A stretch of DNA of 50,807 nt from Actinomycetes bacterium (GTDB lineage: Bacteria > Actinomycetota > Acidimicrobiia > Acidimicrobiales > Acidimicrobiaceae), in NCBI GenBank assembly GCA_021795585.1, contig JAJYPE010000001.1, positions 1-50,807 on the forward strand. Reading direction: 5' to 3'. Made by a program: the position numbers and the translations under genes. Below are positions 1-10,274 of the stretch, piece by piece. The notes beneath the pieces are model-generated. The model was given only the letters and a program-made list of their open reading frames with translations. It had not been told where the DNA came from and made no database searches. Each line of letters begins with the position of its first letter. Positions within the stretch are counted from its first letter, which is position 1.

Positions 1-686
1 CGGGAGATGAAGCGCTTGACGCCCCCTGAAACGCTTTCCGTCCAGGGATGGGGGGCGGGCCAGTCCCGGTCATCGAGCGAGGGCTCGGCGTCGACTCCAG
101 ACCAGTCCGTGGCGGGCTCTGGATGCGAATGGGAGAAGAAGCGGTGGCTGCGCTCGACGTAAGTGGGCTCATCCTCCTCGAAGAAGGCGGCTGCGGCGCC
201 TTCCTCCTCTTCCTCTTCTCGCTCGCTGGCACGAGTCTTCGAAAAAAGGGACTCGGCAAAGGACGAGGAGGTTTCGCCCCAAGGTGGCTCACCCGTTTCA
301 TGTGTGAAATCTTGATCAGACTCAGGGATCGCGTTGGCCGCCCTGCGGAATATGCGGCGGGGGCGCTCCGCCGTCCGAGGCTCTCCGGCGGGCGAGATAC
401 CAGACTCTTCCGAATGCATCTCTGTCACGGGTCGGTTAGGTTCCGCTTCATAGTCGGCCGGCTCCGGCCCAGGACCACTCTCGGTACCGCCGAGGTTTCC
501 TTTTGGAAGCTCCTCAGTCTTGCCGGCGAGGAGCGCCAGGCCACGCCTCAGCTGCGACTTGGAAGTTGACTTCGAAGTTGCTGCCTTGCGTTCGATGCTC
601 TTGGCAGCAGCAGACTTCTTCTTGCGGATTTCCGGATCGAAGTCACCACGAAAGATGTCGTCGGATGGATACCTGCCCTCAACCAT
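1..686 (-). CDS. Hypothetical protein, N-terminal part (runs off the window start); low-complexity, acidic, probably disordered
   Basis: Read by hand, not in the ORF track: ATG at 686 after GGGGAGGAAAG (SD), open to the window edge: MVEGRYPSDDIFRGDFDPEIRKKKSAAAK...EREEEEEEGAAAAFFEEDEP... Confidence 0.65.
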   Translation of the reverse strand, partial: MVEGRYPSDDIFRGDFDPEIRKKKSAAAKSIERKAATSKSTSKSQLRRGLALLAGKTEELPKGNLGGTESGPGPEPADYEAEPNRPVTEMHSEESGISPAGEPRTAERPRRIFRRAANAIPESDQDFTHETGEPPWGETSSSFAESLFSKTRASEREEEEEEGAAAAFFEEDEPTYVERSHRFFSHSHPEPATDWSGVDAEPSLDDRDWPAPHPWTESVSGGVKRFIS

Positions 687-1021
687 GAGCTTTCCTCCCC
701 GTGGCCATCGGGTTCGGCCCAACGATCGCTGCGGTCACAAAACGACAACGCCCGTAAATAACATTATTGTAGTTTTCCGCAAGGAGCGCACGCGTGTCTG
801 GCAACATCTCGACCCAAGGCGTCCAATTGCGACTTCGCGCCGGCCGCATGCTATTGAACGCACCCTCAAGTGAATCACGCCGCAGCGGGCCCCGGATCGG
901 TTTGGCCAATAGGGAAGGGAGGATATGCGGCGGCCCCGTCCCGTGGACCGCCGGACGCCTACGTCAGCTACATCTTCTCTTATGATTTAGATGCCCTGGG
1001 CATGGAGGACCGCAGGCAAAT

Positions 1022-1094
1022 GCCGGTGTGGCGCAGTTGGTAGCGCAGGCGATTTGTAATCGTCAGGTCGTGGGTTCGAGTCCCACCACCGGCT
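1022..1094 (+). tRNA. tRNA-Thr(UGU); CCA not encoded
   Basis: Acceptor GCCGGTG/CACCGGC, D arm GCGCAGTTGGTAGCGC, anticodon arm GGCGA-TT-TGT-AA-TCGTC, T loop GGTTCGAGTCC; possible -10 TATGAT at 981-986. Confidence 0.96.
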
Positions 1095-1112
1095 CAGATT
1101 TTTGCCCCCTGA

Positions 1113-1934
1113 TCAGGGATTCTGTTGCGCCGAACGCAGGCGGGCCAGCTCGAAGAGCGAGATGGCTGCGGCGTTTGAAACGTTGAGCGAGTCGAGTTTG
1201 CCCACCTGCGGAATCCGGATCAGACGGTCGCAGCGTTGCGCCGTAAGCCGCGCCAGGCCGCGATCCTCGGCCCCCAGAACAAGCGCCACACGGGAAGCTT
1301 CACCGGCGTTGAGTGAATAGACGCTGCTCGTGCCGCGCACATCCAGGCCAATGCGGATGACGTCCATCTTTTCCAATTGCATCAGCGCGTTGGGGATGCC
1401 AGGCACCAGAGTGAACTGAAGATATTCGACCGCCCCCGCAGCCGCCTTCGCCACCGTGGGCGTAATCAGCGAAGTCCTATTCTGCGGAAGCACCACGCCC
1501 GTGGCTCCGGCGAGCTCGGCCGAGCGCAACACTGCGCCCAGGTTGTGGGGATCGGTTATCCCGTCGATGACGACCAGGAACGGCTGCTCGGACGCCTCGA
1601 CCATCTCATCGAGATCCACCTCGCGCAGTGCTGCAGCGCGGGCTAGCACCCCCTGGTGTCCCTCCGAGCGGGTGGCCATCTCGAACTTGCGGCGAGAGGC
1701 GGCGATCAGTGGCACACGCTTAGAGACGCATAGATTGACGATCTCCTCGACAATCCCTTTTCGTTGGACGGACTCCTCGATCCAGACCTGCTCGACGCGC
1801 CGGCGACCGGCCGCCAGCAGCTCTCTCACAGCCTGGCGGCCTTCGATCTGTTCGCCGCCGAGTGAGCGCCGCCTGATCGGGGTGCGGTGTTCGTCGCCGT
1901 GGCGCTGGCTTTTGTTTCTTGGCTCTTTGGCCAT
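1113..1934 (-). CDS. rlmB: 23S rRNA (G2251-2'-O)-methyltransferase RlmB
   Basis: SPOUT motifs DGITDPHNLGAVLRSA, VLGAEDRGL, IPQVGKLDSLNVSNAA; follows ispDF. Confidence 0.92.
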   Translation of the reverse strand: MAKEPRNKSQRHGDEHRTPIRRRSLGGEQIEGRQAVRELLAAGRRRVEQVWIEESVQRKGIVEEIVNLCVSKRVPLIAASRRKFEMATRSEGHQGVLARAAALREVDLDEMVEASEQPFLVVIDGITDPHNLGAVLRSAELAGATGVVLPQNRTSLITPTVAKAAAGAVEYLQFTLVPGIPNALMQLEKMDVIRIGLDVRGTSSVYSLNAGEASRVALVLGAEDRGLARLTAQRCDRLIRIPQVGKLDSLNVSNAAAISLFELARLRSAQQNP

Positions 1935-2040
1935 CAGTCAAACCCTTCCGGCGAGGCAGAACTGGCCCTGGCCGTCACACACGCCGGCTCACAAGCGCAA
2001 AGCCGGCAAAGTCGACAATACTAACTGCGTTGCGGGCGCT

Positions 2041-2544
2041 TCATAGCCGAGGGGCCAGCAGAAGTGCCGCGGCGGTGCAAACCACGGCCTGCTCCTCGCC
2101 CAGCGGACCCACGCCCTCGGGGCTCTTTGCTTTCACACAAACCGGCGCACCCACGACCTCTGACATACGCGACTCCATCGCAGCCCGGAACGGGGCCAAA
2201 CGGGGAGCCTGAAGTATGACGGTCGAGTCGACGTTGATGACCTCGAATCCGGCACGCTCGGCCATACCCACGCATTTGGCCAGCAGTTCGACCGAGTCGG
2301 CGCCGGCCAGGGTTGGATCGGAAGCAGGGAAGTGGTCGCCTATGCCGCCCATGCCGGCCGCACCGAGAATTGCGTCTGCGATTGCGTGGCAGACGGCATC
2401 GGCATCGGAATGCCCCACCGGCCCATTGGAGGCCGCGACTTCCACCCCTGCGAGCAGGAACTTCCGCCCAGGATCGACACTGAGGGGGTGAAGATCAAAA
2501 CCGCTCCCGACCCGCAAGCGCCTGAGATCCCCGGCGGCAGTCAT
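2041..2544 (-). CDS. ispF: 2-C-methyl-D-erythritol 2,4-cyclodiphosphate synthase
   Basis: RVGSGFDLH, GHSDADAVCHAIADAILGA, GIGDHFP, NVDSTVILQAPRLAP. Confidence 0.95.
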   Translation of the reverse strand: MTAAGDLRRLRVGSGFDLHPLSVDPGRKFLLAGVEVAASNGPVGHSDADAVCHAIADAILGAAGMGGIGDHFPASDPTLAGADSVELLAKCVGMAERAGFEVINVDSTVILQAPRLAPFRAAMESRMSEVVGAPVCVKAKSPEGVGPLGEEQAVVCTAAALLLAPRL

Positions 2545-3215
2545 TGGCCTGCCCTCTCCACGTATGCCCCGGCGAGTGCCCGGGCGACGACGAGATCGGC
2601 CGGGGTCGTTATCTTCATGTTGGTCCGCTCCCCGTCGACGCAGGCAACGCGAACTCCCATCGCCTCGGCCGCTCCTCCGTCGTCCGTGGTGTCGATTCCG
2701 CTTGCGTGCACGGCACGCAGCACATCGGCCTTAAAACCTTGCGGGGTTTGCGCGGCAAACATGTTCTCCCGGGAAACCGAGCGCAGGGAGCCGTCGTCGG
2801 CGAGCCTCTTCAGCGAGTCCACCACGGGTACAACGGGCACCACCGCGTCCTCCCCGGCCTCCAGGGCTTCCACCACGCGTGCGAAGAGGGCCGGTGTAGC
2901 CAGCGGACGAGCTGCGTCATGCACCAGAATGGCCTGGGCATTCGCTGGTACGGATCGGAGACCGCACCGCACAGACTCGGACCTCGTGTCTCCGCCCGCG
3001 ACGGTCAACGTGCCAGGCCTCTCCAGCTCGTGCCTCATTTGCTCAGGAGCTGCCACGACTACGCCCTCGCTCACAGCAAGAGCAGATCTGATAGCCATGT
3101 CCAGCGCAGTGCTAGACCCGATCTCTACGAGCTGCTTTGGGCCCCCGAAGCGAACACCGCTGCCTGCGGCCACTATGACGGTCCAAACGCGCAGGCCGCT
3201 GCGCCCCGAGGACAA
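2541..3215 (-). CDS. ispD: 2-C-methyl-D-erythritol 4-phosphate cytidylyltransferase
   Basis: AAGSGVRFGGPKQ, GGDTRSESV, LVHDAARP, QTPQGF, NMKITTPADL. Confidence 0.95.
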   Translation of the reverse strand: MSSGRSGLRVWTVIVAAGSGVRFGGPKQLVEIGSSTALDMAIRSALAVSEGVVVAAPEQMRHELERPGTLTVAGGDTRSESVRCGLRSVPANAQAILVHDAARPLATPALFARVVEALEAGEDAVVPVVPVVDSLKRLADDGSLRSVSRENMFAAQTPQGFKADVLRAVHASGIDTTDDGGAAEAMGVRVACVDGERTNMKITTPADLVVARALAGAYVERAGQ

Positions 3216-3227
3216 CGGCGGCTCGAC

Positions 3228-3707
3228 CTAAGCCAGAGCCGCGTCGAGCCTGGCCTCAGCATCCTCCTCGGAGACACTGAGAGCAAAAGTGAGCTCGGAC
3301 ACCAGGATTTGACGCGCCTTGGAAAGCATCCGCTTCTCACCTGCGGAAAGGCCCTTGTCCTTGTCACGAATAGACAGGTTTCGCACGACCTCGGCAACTT
3401 GATAGATGTCGCCGGACTTGAGCTTCTCCACGTGGTTCTTGTAACGGCGCGACCAGTTCGTCGGCATTCGCGCATCCTTCTTACGCAGGACTGCGAAAAC
3501 CTCCTCGACCTCTTCGTCGTTGATGACCTCGCGGATTCCGACCTCTTCGGCTTTCTCCACCGGCACCTTCAAGGTAAGATCACCGTAAGCGAGCTTGAGC
3601 ACGAGGTATTCGCGGGTCTCGCCGAGGAGGTTCATTGCTTCCCGCTTTTCGATCACGGCCGCGCCGTGGTGCGGGTAGACAACTTTGTCTCCAACCTCGT
3701 AATTCAT
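3228..3707 (-). CDS. carD: CarD transcription regulator
   Basis: VGDKVVYPHHGA, NWSRRYK, AEVVRNL, LSAGEKRML; start set at ATG 3707 (SD GGGAG, 159 aa); carD-ispD-ispF order. Confidence 0.95.
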   Translation of the reverse strand: MNYEVGDKVVYPHHGAAVIEKREAMNLLGETREYLVLKLAYGDLTLKVPVEKAEEVGIREVINDEEVEEVFAVLRKKDARMPTNWSRRYKNHVEKLKSGDIYQVAEVVRNLSIRDKDKGLSAGEKRMLSKARQILVSELTFALSVSEEDAEARLDAALA

Positions 3708-3836
3708 GATTCTCCCGGGGCTCAACGTGTCTTTAACAATTCTAGAGCCGAAGGACAACCAAGGGCCCGGGGCGAAGGTCGGTATTTTAGATGGAATAGG
3801 ACCGTAGTTCAAGTGCACGGTTCAAATAGGTGGGGG

Positions 3837-4514
3837 ATGAATAAGAATCTGAACGTGGATATTGTCGAGCTGTTGTCGCACACTCCGCTATTCCAGACCC
3901 TGGAAGAGGAGACCCTCGGGGCTGTACTCGCCTATCACAAGATCACGAGCTACCGTCGCAACGAGGAGATCTTCCACGAAGACGAGTCCGCCAACTCGCT
4001 ATTCGTAGTTCTGTCGGGGCGAATCGGCATCATAAAGTCCTTTCTGGATCGCAAGGAGTCGATCGTCGCGATCATGGAGCCCGGAGACCTGTTCGGAGAG
4101 ATGGGCCTCTTCGACCAGGAAGGGCGCTCGGCCACTGCGAGGGCCATCGAACGCTGCGAGGTTATCGAAGTCCCTTATGCCCCTATCCGCCAGGCGATCG
4201 AGTCTCGGCCCAGGCTGCTCTTATCGCTGCTAAAGCTGCTGGCGGGGCGCCTGCGTCAGACAGACGACGCGCTTACCGACGCCATGTTCCTAGACGTCAC
4301 GGGTAGGACCGCAAAGCGGATCATCGAACTGGCCGGCGACAGCGATGAGTTCACTCTCCCGCTCACCCAGGAGGAGCTGGCGGGCCTGATCGGCGCTTCA
4401 CGGGAACGCGTGAACAAGACACTGGCAACCTTCGTCAGGGCCGGCTACATCGAGGTCAACGACCGCAACTACCGGATCAAGAACCGCAAGCAGCTGCAGA
4501 TCATCGCCGGTTGA
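3837..4514 (+). CDS. crp: Crp/Fnr family cNMP-binding transcription regulator
   Basis: cNMP domain GDLFGEMGLFD...RSATARA; HTH LTQEELAGLIGASRERVNK; real start ATG 3837 inside the long 2544 ORF. Confidence 0.88.
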   Translation: MNKNLNVDIVELLSHTPLFQTLEEETLGAVLAYHKITSYRRNEEIFHEDESANSLFVVLSGRIGIIKSFLDRKESIVAIMEPGDLFGEMGLFDQEGRSATARAIERCEVIEVPYAPIRQAIESRPRLLLSLLKLLAGRLRQTDDALTDAMFLDVTGRTAKRIIELAGDSDEFTLPLTQEELAGLIGASRERVNKTLATFVRAGYIEVNDRNYRIKNRKQLQIIAG

Positions 4515-4650
4515 GATTGACAGGCGCGCGATGGCGCGGGTGGAAGGCAGCGAATCCGGACAAAATCGGCGATCACCGAGGTGACGCTCTCGCTCGGCCC
4601 CGCCGACTACCGATCAAGCGGCTTTGAGGAATGCCGCGCGCTTCGCTGAG

Positions 4651-4845
4651 ATGCCGAGGGCCGTTCGCTGGACCCTCATTGCCGGAGGTATGGGCGCCGT
4701 AGCCGGGTTCGTGGTGGGCCTGGTGGTATACCCCCCAACCCCGGCCTTCGCCGCGTTGGAACTGGGCATCCCCTCGGCGATCCTCGGAGGGGTGGCCGGA
4801 GCCATCGTCCAAAGTTTCACCCGCACCGGTCGCAGTAAACCATGA
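4651..4845 (+). CDS. Small hypothetical membrane protein (two hydrophobic helices)
   Basis: MPRAVRWTLIAGGMGAVAGFVVGLVVYPP...LELGIPSAILGGVAGAIV; start uncertain (4624 or 4651). Confidence 0.5.
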   Translation: MPRAVRWTLIAGGMGAVAGFVVGLVVYPPTPAFAALELGIPSAILGGVAGAIVQSFTRTGRSKP

Positions 4846-4888
4846 ACTGCGGTTCCAGCCTTCCTCTTCGATAGACGTAGCGGAGGCG

Positions 4889-5170
4889 GTGCCAGAATCC
4901 GAGGACCTCGATGGCGCTTCGCCGAAAGGGGGTCGGTGTCGTGATGATCGTGGGGGCCTCGGACCGGATCCCGTCGGGCTGATCCGGTTGGCTGCAGTGT
5001 TCGCCGAGTCGGAAAGCAGAGTCGCGAAGCTTTCGACCGGCAGGTATTCGGCGGTCCTGTTCGGCGATGCCATCCATTTGAGCCTCGGCCACGAGTGCGC
5101 TTGGGTACGGCCAAGGAGCGTCGGAAGCGTTCGGTTGCGGAACTACGACCAGCAAGAGCAGGAGCGCTAA
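4889..5170 (+). CDS. Possible hypothetical protein
   Basis: 93-aa ORF filling the gap and converging on the lysS stop; GGAGG close upstream; a competing minus-strand ORF (4817-5155) exists. Confidence 0.25.
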   Translation: MPESEDLDGASPKGGRCRDDRGGLGPDPVGLIRLAAVFAESESRVAKLSTGRYSAVLFGDAIHLSLGHECAWVRPRSVGSVRLRNYDQQEQER

Positions 5171-6588
5171 TCGCGTTCCTGCTCGGGGCGCATGGTGGGA
5201 AAGGCGATGATCTCGCGGATTTGAGAGTTGTCCGTGAGCAGCATCACGAGTCGGTCTATGCCGATTCCCAGGCCACCCGTCGGTGGAAGGCCGTATTCCA
5301 GGGCGCGCAAGTAGTCCTCGTCCATGGACATCGCCTCCTCGTCCCCGGCCCGGCCCACCTCGACCTGATGCGCAAAACGCTCGCGTTGAACGTCCGGGTC
5401 GTTCAGCTCGGAGAACGCATTAGCAAGCTCGCGTCCGGCGACGACGGCCTCGAAGCGCTCGACATGACCGGGCTTCGACCTGTGATCTCTCGACAAGGGG
5501 GAGACCTCCGTCGGGAAGTCCATGACAAAGACCGGGTCCCAAAGACTGGCCTCGGTGGTCTTCTCGTAAATTTCGAGCATCAGCTTCCCGGGGCCCCAAC
5601 TCGGGTCGTCCTCGATACCAACCTGCTTGCCAACTTCTGCCAACCGATCACGGCCTAGGTCTATGCTCACCTCGACGCCCATCGTCTCGCTGGTGAGCTC
5701 CTCGAGTGTCGCCCGGCGCCAGGGCGGAGCAAAATTGAGCGTGCGGCCCTGATAGACAACCTTGGAGGCCCCGAAAAGTTCGGTGACAATTTCGTTGACC
5801 AGCGATTCCGTAAGCTCCATGATGTCGCCGTAGTCCGCGTAGGCCTGGTACAGCTCGAGCATGGTGAATTCGGGATTGTGACGGGGCGAGATTCCCTCGT
5901 TTCGGAAGACACGTCCGATCTCGAAGACCTTCTCAAAGCCGCCGACCACCAGGCGCTTGAGATAAAGTTCCGGCGCAATGCGCAGAAAGAGATCCATGTC
6001 CAGCGCGTTGTGGTGAGTGACGAAAGGACGGGCGAGCGCCCCTCCGGATATCGGCTGGAGCATGGGCGTCTCCACCTCGATGAAACCTCGTGACTCCAAC
6101 GCGCGCCGCATTATCGAAACGATCCGGAAACGCGTCCTAAGGGCGGTCCGCACCTCCGGGTTGGCCCAGAGGTCGGCGTAGCGCTGCCGATGACGGGTGT
6201 CGACGTCGTTGATGCCGTGCCACTTGTCCCCGAAGCCACGGCGCGCCTTGGCCAGCAGAACGAAGGACTCCACGAAGACCGAGAGCTCGCCCCTGCGTGT
6301 CTTCGCCACCTCGCCTTTCGCGCCGATCCAATCGCCGAGCGAAAGCGAGCAAAAAGCGTCGAAGGAGTCGAGATCGTTGGCGCGGGCGAAGAGCTGAATC
6401 GAGCCGGTCTCGTCGCGAAGCTCCGCAAAGGCGACTTTCCCCTGGACCCTGAGCAGCATCACCCTTCCCGCCACCGACGCCTTCACGCCGGAGCTCTCCC
6501 CCTCAGCCAAGCCGGAGTACTGGGCCACCAGCGCGCCGGCTTGGGCAGTCGCCTCGTACCGGTAGGGAATGCTCAACTCTTCCGCCAT
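5167..6588 (-). CDS. lysS: Lysine--tRNA ligase (class II)
   Basis: OB anticodon domain, [58 protein letters not shown]. Confidence 0.97.
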   Translation of the reverse strand: MAEELSIPYRYEATAQAGALVAQYSGLAEGESSGVKASVAGRVMLLRVQGKVAFAELRDETGSIQLFARANDLDSFDAFCSLSLGDWIGAKGEVAKTRRGELSVFVESFVLLAKARRGFGDKWHGINDVDTRHRQRYADLWANPEVRTALRTRFRIVSIMRRALESRGFIEVETPMLQPISGGALARPFVTHHNALDMDLFLRIAPELYLKRLVVGGFEKVFEIGRVFRNEGISPRHNPEFTMLELYQAYADYGDIMELTESLVNEIVTELFGASKVVYQGRTLNFAPPWRRATLEELTSETMGVEVSIDLGRDRLAEVGKQVGIEDDPSWGPGKLMLEIYEKTTEASLWDPVFVMDFPTEVSPLSRDHRSKPGHVERFEAVVAGRELANAFSELNDPDVQRERFAHQVEVGRAGDEEAMSMDEDYLRALEYGLPPTGGLGIGIDRLVMLLTDNSQIREIIAFPTMRPEQERD

Positions 6589-6882
6589 TTGCCCTCGATG
6601 CTAGAGATGTCCTTGGCAACGAGTCTATCCGTGTGACCAGCTCACCAAAGGAAAGGTTCGGCTGGCTCCGGCCTCCACCACTGTCGTGCGAGTGACTGAA
6701 GTCCTGGCGCAATGGGGCGCCCGCTTATTCGTCGGACGCTCATGCCCTACGCGATCGAGGATGGAAGGTTTCCCCAATGCGGCACATCACTCGTGCTTGG
6801 TCCTGTCCGCCATGCCTATGACCCAGGTGTACCGACCCAGCCCACGGCTCGGGCCACGGCGTGGACGGGCCCCCACGGCACC

Positions 6883-7704
6883 TCAGCGGGAAAGGACGTT
6901 CCGCTCGTACAGGAGGCGCAGGCCGTGCAAGGTCAGCCAGGGCTCGACTGCGTCGATCTGCTCGCAGTAGGGTGCGATAACGCTGGCCAGGCCTCCAGTG
7001 GCGATGACCTTGGTCTCGGGACCCAGCTCAGCGCGGAACGCCCTCACCATGCCATCAGCCTGGGCACCGAACCCGTAAAGGGCGCCCGACTGCATCGACT
7101 CCACCGTGGAGCGGCCGATTACCCCACGCGGCGCGACAAGTTCCACCTTGCGCAATGCTGCGGCGCTCGCCACCAGAGCGTTCATAGATATTTCCACCCC
7201 CGGGCAGATCGCCCCGCCAAGGTATTCGCCCTTGGCGCTCACGGCGTCGAAAGTCGTCGCGGTGCCAAAGTCCACCACCACCAGCGGGATGCCATAAAGG
7301 TCACGACCTGCCACGGCGTCGGCGATCCTGTCGGCGCCCACCTCCTTGGGGTTGTCGTAAAGTATGGGCATTCCGGAGCGGACGCCGGGCCCGATCACCA
7401 GGGGTGCGGTGTCGAACCACCGCTCGGCCATCTCCCTCAAAGCCTGCGTAGCCGAAGGCACCGTAGACGAGATGACCACTCCGGAGATGGACGTGAGGTG
7501 ATCCAGCCCCTTCATACCCAGCAGCTGGACCATGAGGAGAGCCTGCTCGTCCGCCGTGCGCTCTTCGACGGTGGCGAGCCGGAAATGGTGGGTAAGCCCG
7601 CTGTCGGGTTGCCGTTGCCGGACCTCGTCGGGGCCGTTCAAACTGGATGCCTCGTAGACGCCGATGACGGTGTTGGTATTGCCGACGTCGATTACCAGAA
7701 GCAT
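6883..7704 (-). CDS. coaX: Type III pantothenate kinase
   Basis: MLLVIDVGNTNT, EVGADRI, VVDFGTATT, YLGGAICPG, VIATGGLA, LTLHGL. Confidence 0.95.
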   Translation of the reverse strand: MLLVIDVGNTNTVIGVYEASSLNGPDEVRQRQPDSGLTHHFRLATVEERTADEQALLMVQLLGMKGLDHLTSISGVVISSTVPSATQALREMAERWFDTAPLVIGPGVRSGMPILYDNPKEVGADRIADAVAGRDLYGIPLVVVDFGTATTFDAVSAKGEYLGGAICPGVEISMNALVASAAALRKVELVAPRGVIGRSTVESMQSGALYGFGAQADGMVRAFRAELGPETKVIATGGLASVIAPYCEQIDAVEPWLTLHGLRLLYERNVLSR

Positions 7705-7718
7705 TCCCCCGGGCCTTC

Positions 7719-8579
7719 CTACTTCTCGAATACTGCGACGTTGTCGATGAGGCGGACTCCATCGTAGCTAGCGGCCACGAAGAACCTCGTTTCCGCCTCG
7801 AAGCGCTCGAGCGAGCGTAGGTCCTCTCCACTCGCAGCTTCGAGATAGTCGATCGCAAGGGCGGCACCGGTCTGGGCAGCCCGGTCCTCGATCAGGCGCC
7901 GCATCGACGCAAGTACCGGAGCGGTGGCGCTCCCCTGCACCGCATTTGCGCGCCCGGCTTGAAATGCCGCGTACATCGCCGGAGCGGCATCTCTGGCCGC
8001 CCGCGTCAAAAGGCGGTTTCGAGACGACAGGGCCAGCCCGTCGGCCTCGCGCACCGTGGGCACCACCACCATCTCGACCGGAAAGTGGAACTCTCTGATT
8101 AGGTCGGCGATGACCCTGGTCTGCTGGTAGTCCTTCTCTCCGAAGAAGACCTTGGACTTTCCCACCGAAATGAAGAGCTTCGACACGACGGTCGCAACGC
8201 CGTCGAAATGGCCGGGCCTATGAGCGCCCTCCTGCCTGTCGACGATCCCGCTGGTGGCGACACGCATGTTGATGGGTGCAGGATGAATGTCCTCTACGCC
8301 CGGGACGAAGATTGCGGCCACCCCCATCGCCTCCAGCGCTGCCGCATCCGCATCGAAATCCCGGGGGTACCGGTCGAAGTCGGCCGGATTGTTGAACTGG
8401 AGCGGGTTGACGAATATCGATACGCAGACTCGATCGCACAGCCGCTTGGCCGCCTCCACCAACCCGAAGTGCCCCTGGTGAAGAGCCCCCATGGTCGGCA
8501 CCAGCCCCACCCGGTCACCGGCGGAACGGAACTCCTCGGTGCAAGCGAAAAACTCGAGGGGATCATTTACCGTGCGCAC
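7719..8579 (-). CDS. panC: Pantoate--beta-alanine ligase
   Basis: VPTMGALHQGH, SIFVNPLQF, RPGHFDGV, FFGEKDYQQ, READGLALSSRN, RLIDN; start set at GTG 8579 after AAGGGAG. Confidence 0.95.
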   Translation of the reverse strand: MRTVNDPLEFFACTEEFRSAGDRVGLVPTMGALHQGHFGLVEAAKRLCDRVCVSIFVNPLQFNNPADFDRYPRDFDADAAALEAMGVAAIFVPGVEDIHPAPINMRVATSGIVDRQEGAHRPGHFDGVATVVSKLFISVGKSKVFFGEKDYQQTRVIADLIREFHFPVEMVVVPTVREADGLALSSRNRLLTRAARDAAPAMYAAFQAGRANAVQGSATAPVLASMRRLIEDRAAQTGAALAIDYLEAASGEDLRSLERFEAETRFFVAASYDGVRLIDNVAVFEK

Positions 8580-9123
8580 GTGCACTCCCTTCTTCTGGAC
8601 CGTCAGCCGCCAAGTGCTCTCCCACAACTTGGGCGGACATGAAGACTTCTACGACCTGGCTGCCGAAGCGGGTCCGGTACTCGGTGTCGCCGACATGCGC
8701 GGCGTCGAAGTCGAACCCCGCCACCTCCTGCGCCATGGAGGAATCCAGCTCAGCTAATGGCACCAGGACGAAGAGACGCGAGGCGGCCCGTGGATGGGGA
8801 ATGGTCAGCACGTCGTCCTCGAGCCGGATCCGGTCCGCGGCCACTATGTCGAGATCCAGCGTTCGCGGAGCGTTTCTGTAGGGACGCCGTCGGCCCAGGG
8901 AATCCTCAATTTGGGCCAGCCGTGACCAAAGCTCGTGCGGCCCTTCCGGGAAGTCCAACGCGGCCACCGCATTGAGCACCGGCTCTGCATCCGGCTCCAT
9001 CTCCACGGGGGAGGTCAGGTAGATGGATGAGGTTCCGGCCAAGCCCGGAAGCAGCCGCAACGCCCCGATCAAGTTCGCAAGCGGGTCCCCGCTGTTAGAG
9101 CCCAATGCGACGAAGTACTTCAC
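8563..9123 (-). CDS. folK: 2-amino-4-hydroxy-6-hydroxymethyldihydropteridine diphosphokinase
   Basis: VALGSN, PRTLDLDI, LTIPHPR, FVLVPLAEL. Confidence 0.93.
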   Translation of the reverse strand: MKYFVALGSNSGDPLANLIGALRLLPGLAGTSSIYLTSPVEMEPDAEPVLNAVAALDFPEGPHELWSRLAQIEDSLGRRRPYRNAPRTLDLDIVAADRIRLEDDVLTIPHPRAASRLFVLVPLAELDSSMAQEVAGFDFDAAHVGDTEYRTRFGSQVVEVFMSAQVVGEHLAADGPEEGSARAHGK

Positions 9124-9491
9124 CGGCCGCTGCGCCCCTCGATCTCCACTTCCACCGCCGCGTGAGCCAGTCTGACCGGCATGGGCGGGTGAAGCTTCGC
9201 CACCTTGACCCAGACTCTTTGGACGTCGAAGCGCTCCTGCGCCGCGGAGGCGATCCGCCAGCAGAGGGCCTCCAGTAGGTGGAAGCTCTCTCCCTCCACG
9301 ATCTCCACCACAAGGTCGGCCAGCCGTGAGTAGTCGAGGGCCTCGGCGATATCGTCACCGGTAGCGGCCCCGGCGATATCCAAGGTTGCCCTGACGCTCA
9401 CCTCGAACTGCTGGGGCCGACTCCGCTCCTCGGCACCGACTCCGTGCCTGCCATCGACGCGTATCCGGTCCAATTCCACGACACCGATCAT
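9120..9491 (-). CDS. folB: Dihydroneopterin aldolase
   Basis: GRHGV..EER...Q.F, DDI...LDY, LLEAL, VAKLHPP. Confidence 0.93.
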   Translation of the reverse strand: MIGVVELDRIRVDGRHGVGAEERSRPQQFEVSVRATLDIAGAATGDDIAEALDYSRLADLVVEIVEGESFHLLEALCWRIASAAQERFDVQRVWVKVAKLHPPMPVRLAHAAVEVEIEGRSGR

Positions 9492-9497
9492 TGTCCG

Positions 9498-10274
9498 TTA
9501 CCTGTAACCGGCGAGGGATCGCAGCTGAAGCACCTCTCGAACATCGTGCACCCGCATTGCCCGCACGCCGCGGGAAAAACACCAGGCAGCGGTAGCAAGT
9601 GAGCCCTCCAGGCGATCGCGGGGCGGAGGCATTTCGCCTTCGAAGCGCGAGGCTATCCTTCCGAGGAAGGTCTTCCTAGAAGTGCCCACCAGGACCGGGA
9701 AGCCCAGCTCGACGAGAGGGTCGATATTGGCCAGCAGTTCGAGATTGTGCTCCACCGTCTTTCCGAATCCGATGCCAGGGTCCAGCCAAATCTCGTTTAT
9801 GCCAAGTTGCCTGGCCCAGTCCGCCTTTGCGCGCAAGTAGTCCACGACCTCTGAGACCACATCGTCGTAGTGCGGGTTCTCCTGCATGGTCCGCGGCTCA
9901 CCCTGCATGTGCATTGCCACCCAGCCGACACCCGCCGCTGCGGCCACCTCTGCAAGGGATGAGGAGATGTCGTTGACCAGTGTCGCCCCCGCGTCGATCG
10001 CGGCCCTGGCCACCGAAGGCTTGACCGTGTCGATGGAGACCCGCACCTGCTTGGAGAGCGCGGCGACGACGGGCAACACCCTGCGCACCTCCTCCTCCTC
10101 GTCGATGGGCAGCGAGCCGGGCCGCGTCGATTCGCCGCCTACGTCCACGATGTCACAGCCCAGCCCGACCAGCTCGAGTCCGTGCTCGATCGCCTTCGCA
10201 TGATCGAAAAAGTCGCCACCATCGGAAAACGAGTCGGGGGTGACGTTGACCACCCCCATCACCAGCGCGCTCAT
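9498..10274 (-). CDS. folP: Dihydropteroate synthase
   Basis: MGVVNVTPDSFSDGG, GGESTRPG, SIDT, DPGIGFGK, GTSRK, RVHDV. Confidence 0.96.
   Translation of the reverse strand: MSALVMGVVNVTPDSFSDGGDFFDHAKAIEHGLELVGLGCDIVDVGGESTRPGSLPIDEEEEVRRVLPVVAALSKQVRVSIDTVKPSVARAAIDAGATLVNDISSSLAEVAAAAGVGWVAMHMQGEPRTMQENPHYDDVVSEVVDYLRAKADWARQLGINEIWLDPGIGFGKTVEHNLELLANIDPLVELGFPVLVGTSRKTFLGRIASRFEGEMPPPRDRLEGSLATAAWCFSRGVRAMRVHDVREVLQLRSLAGYR

Noticed and set aside
3794-3822. GGAAT...GTT in the carD/crp gap as a SigR promoter
   Set aside because: The spacing is 22 nt, and it is on the wrong strand for carD.
2544-3836. N-terminal 431 aa of the 656-aa plus-strand ORF, an apparent Crp fusion
   Set aside because: It is the antisense shadow of ispD and carD; the real Crp starts at 3837.
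6632-6646. TGTGA-CCAGC-TCACC upstream of lysS as a Crp site
   Set aside because: The spacer is 5 nt rather than 6 and the right half-site is imperfect.
6589-6882. 294-bp coaX-lysS gap as a T-box or lysine riboswitch
   Set aside because: No T-box consensus, terminator or L-box features were recognised.
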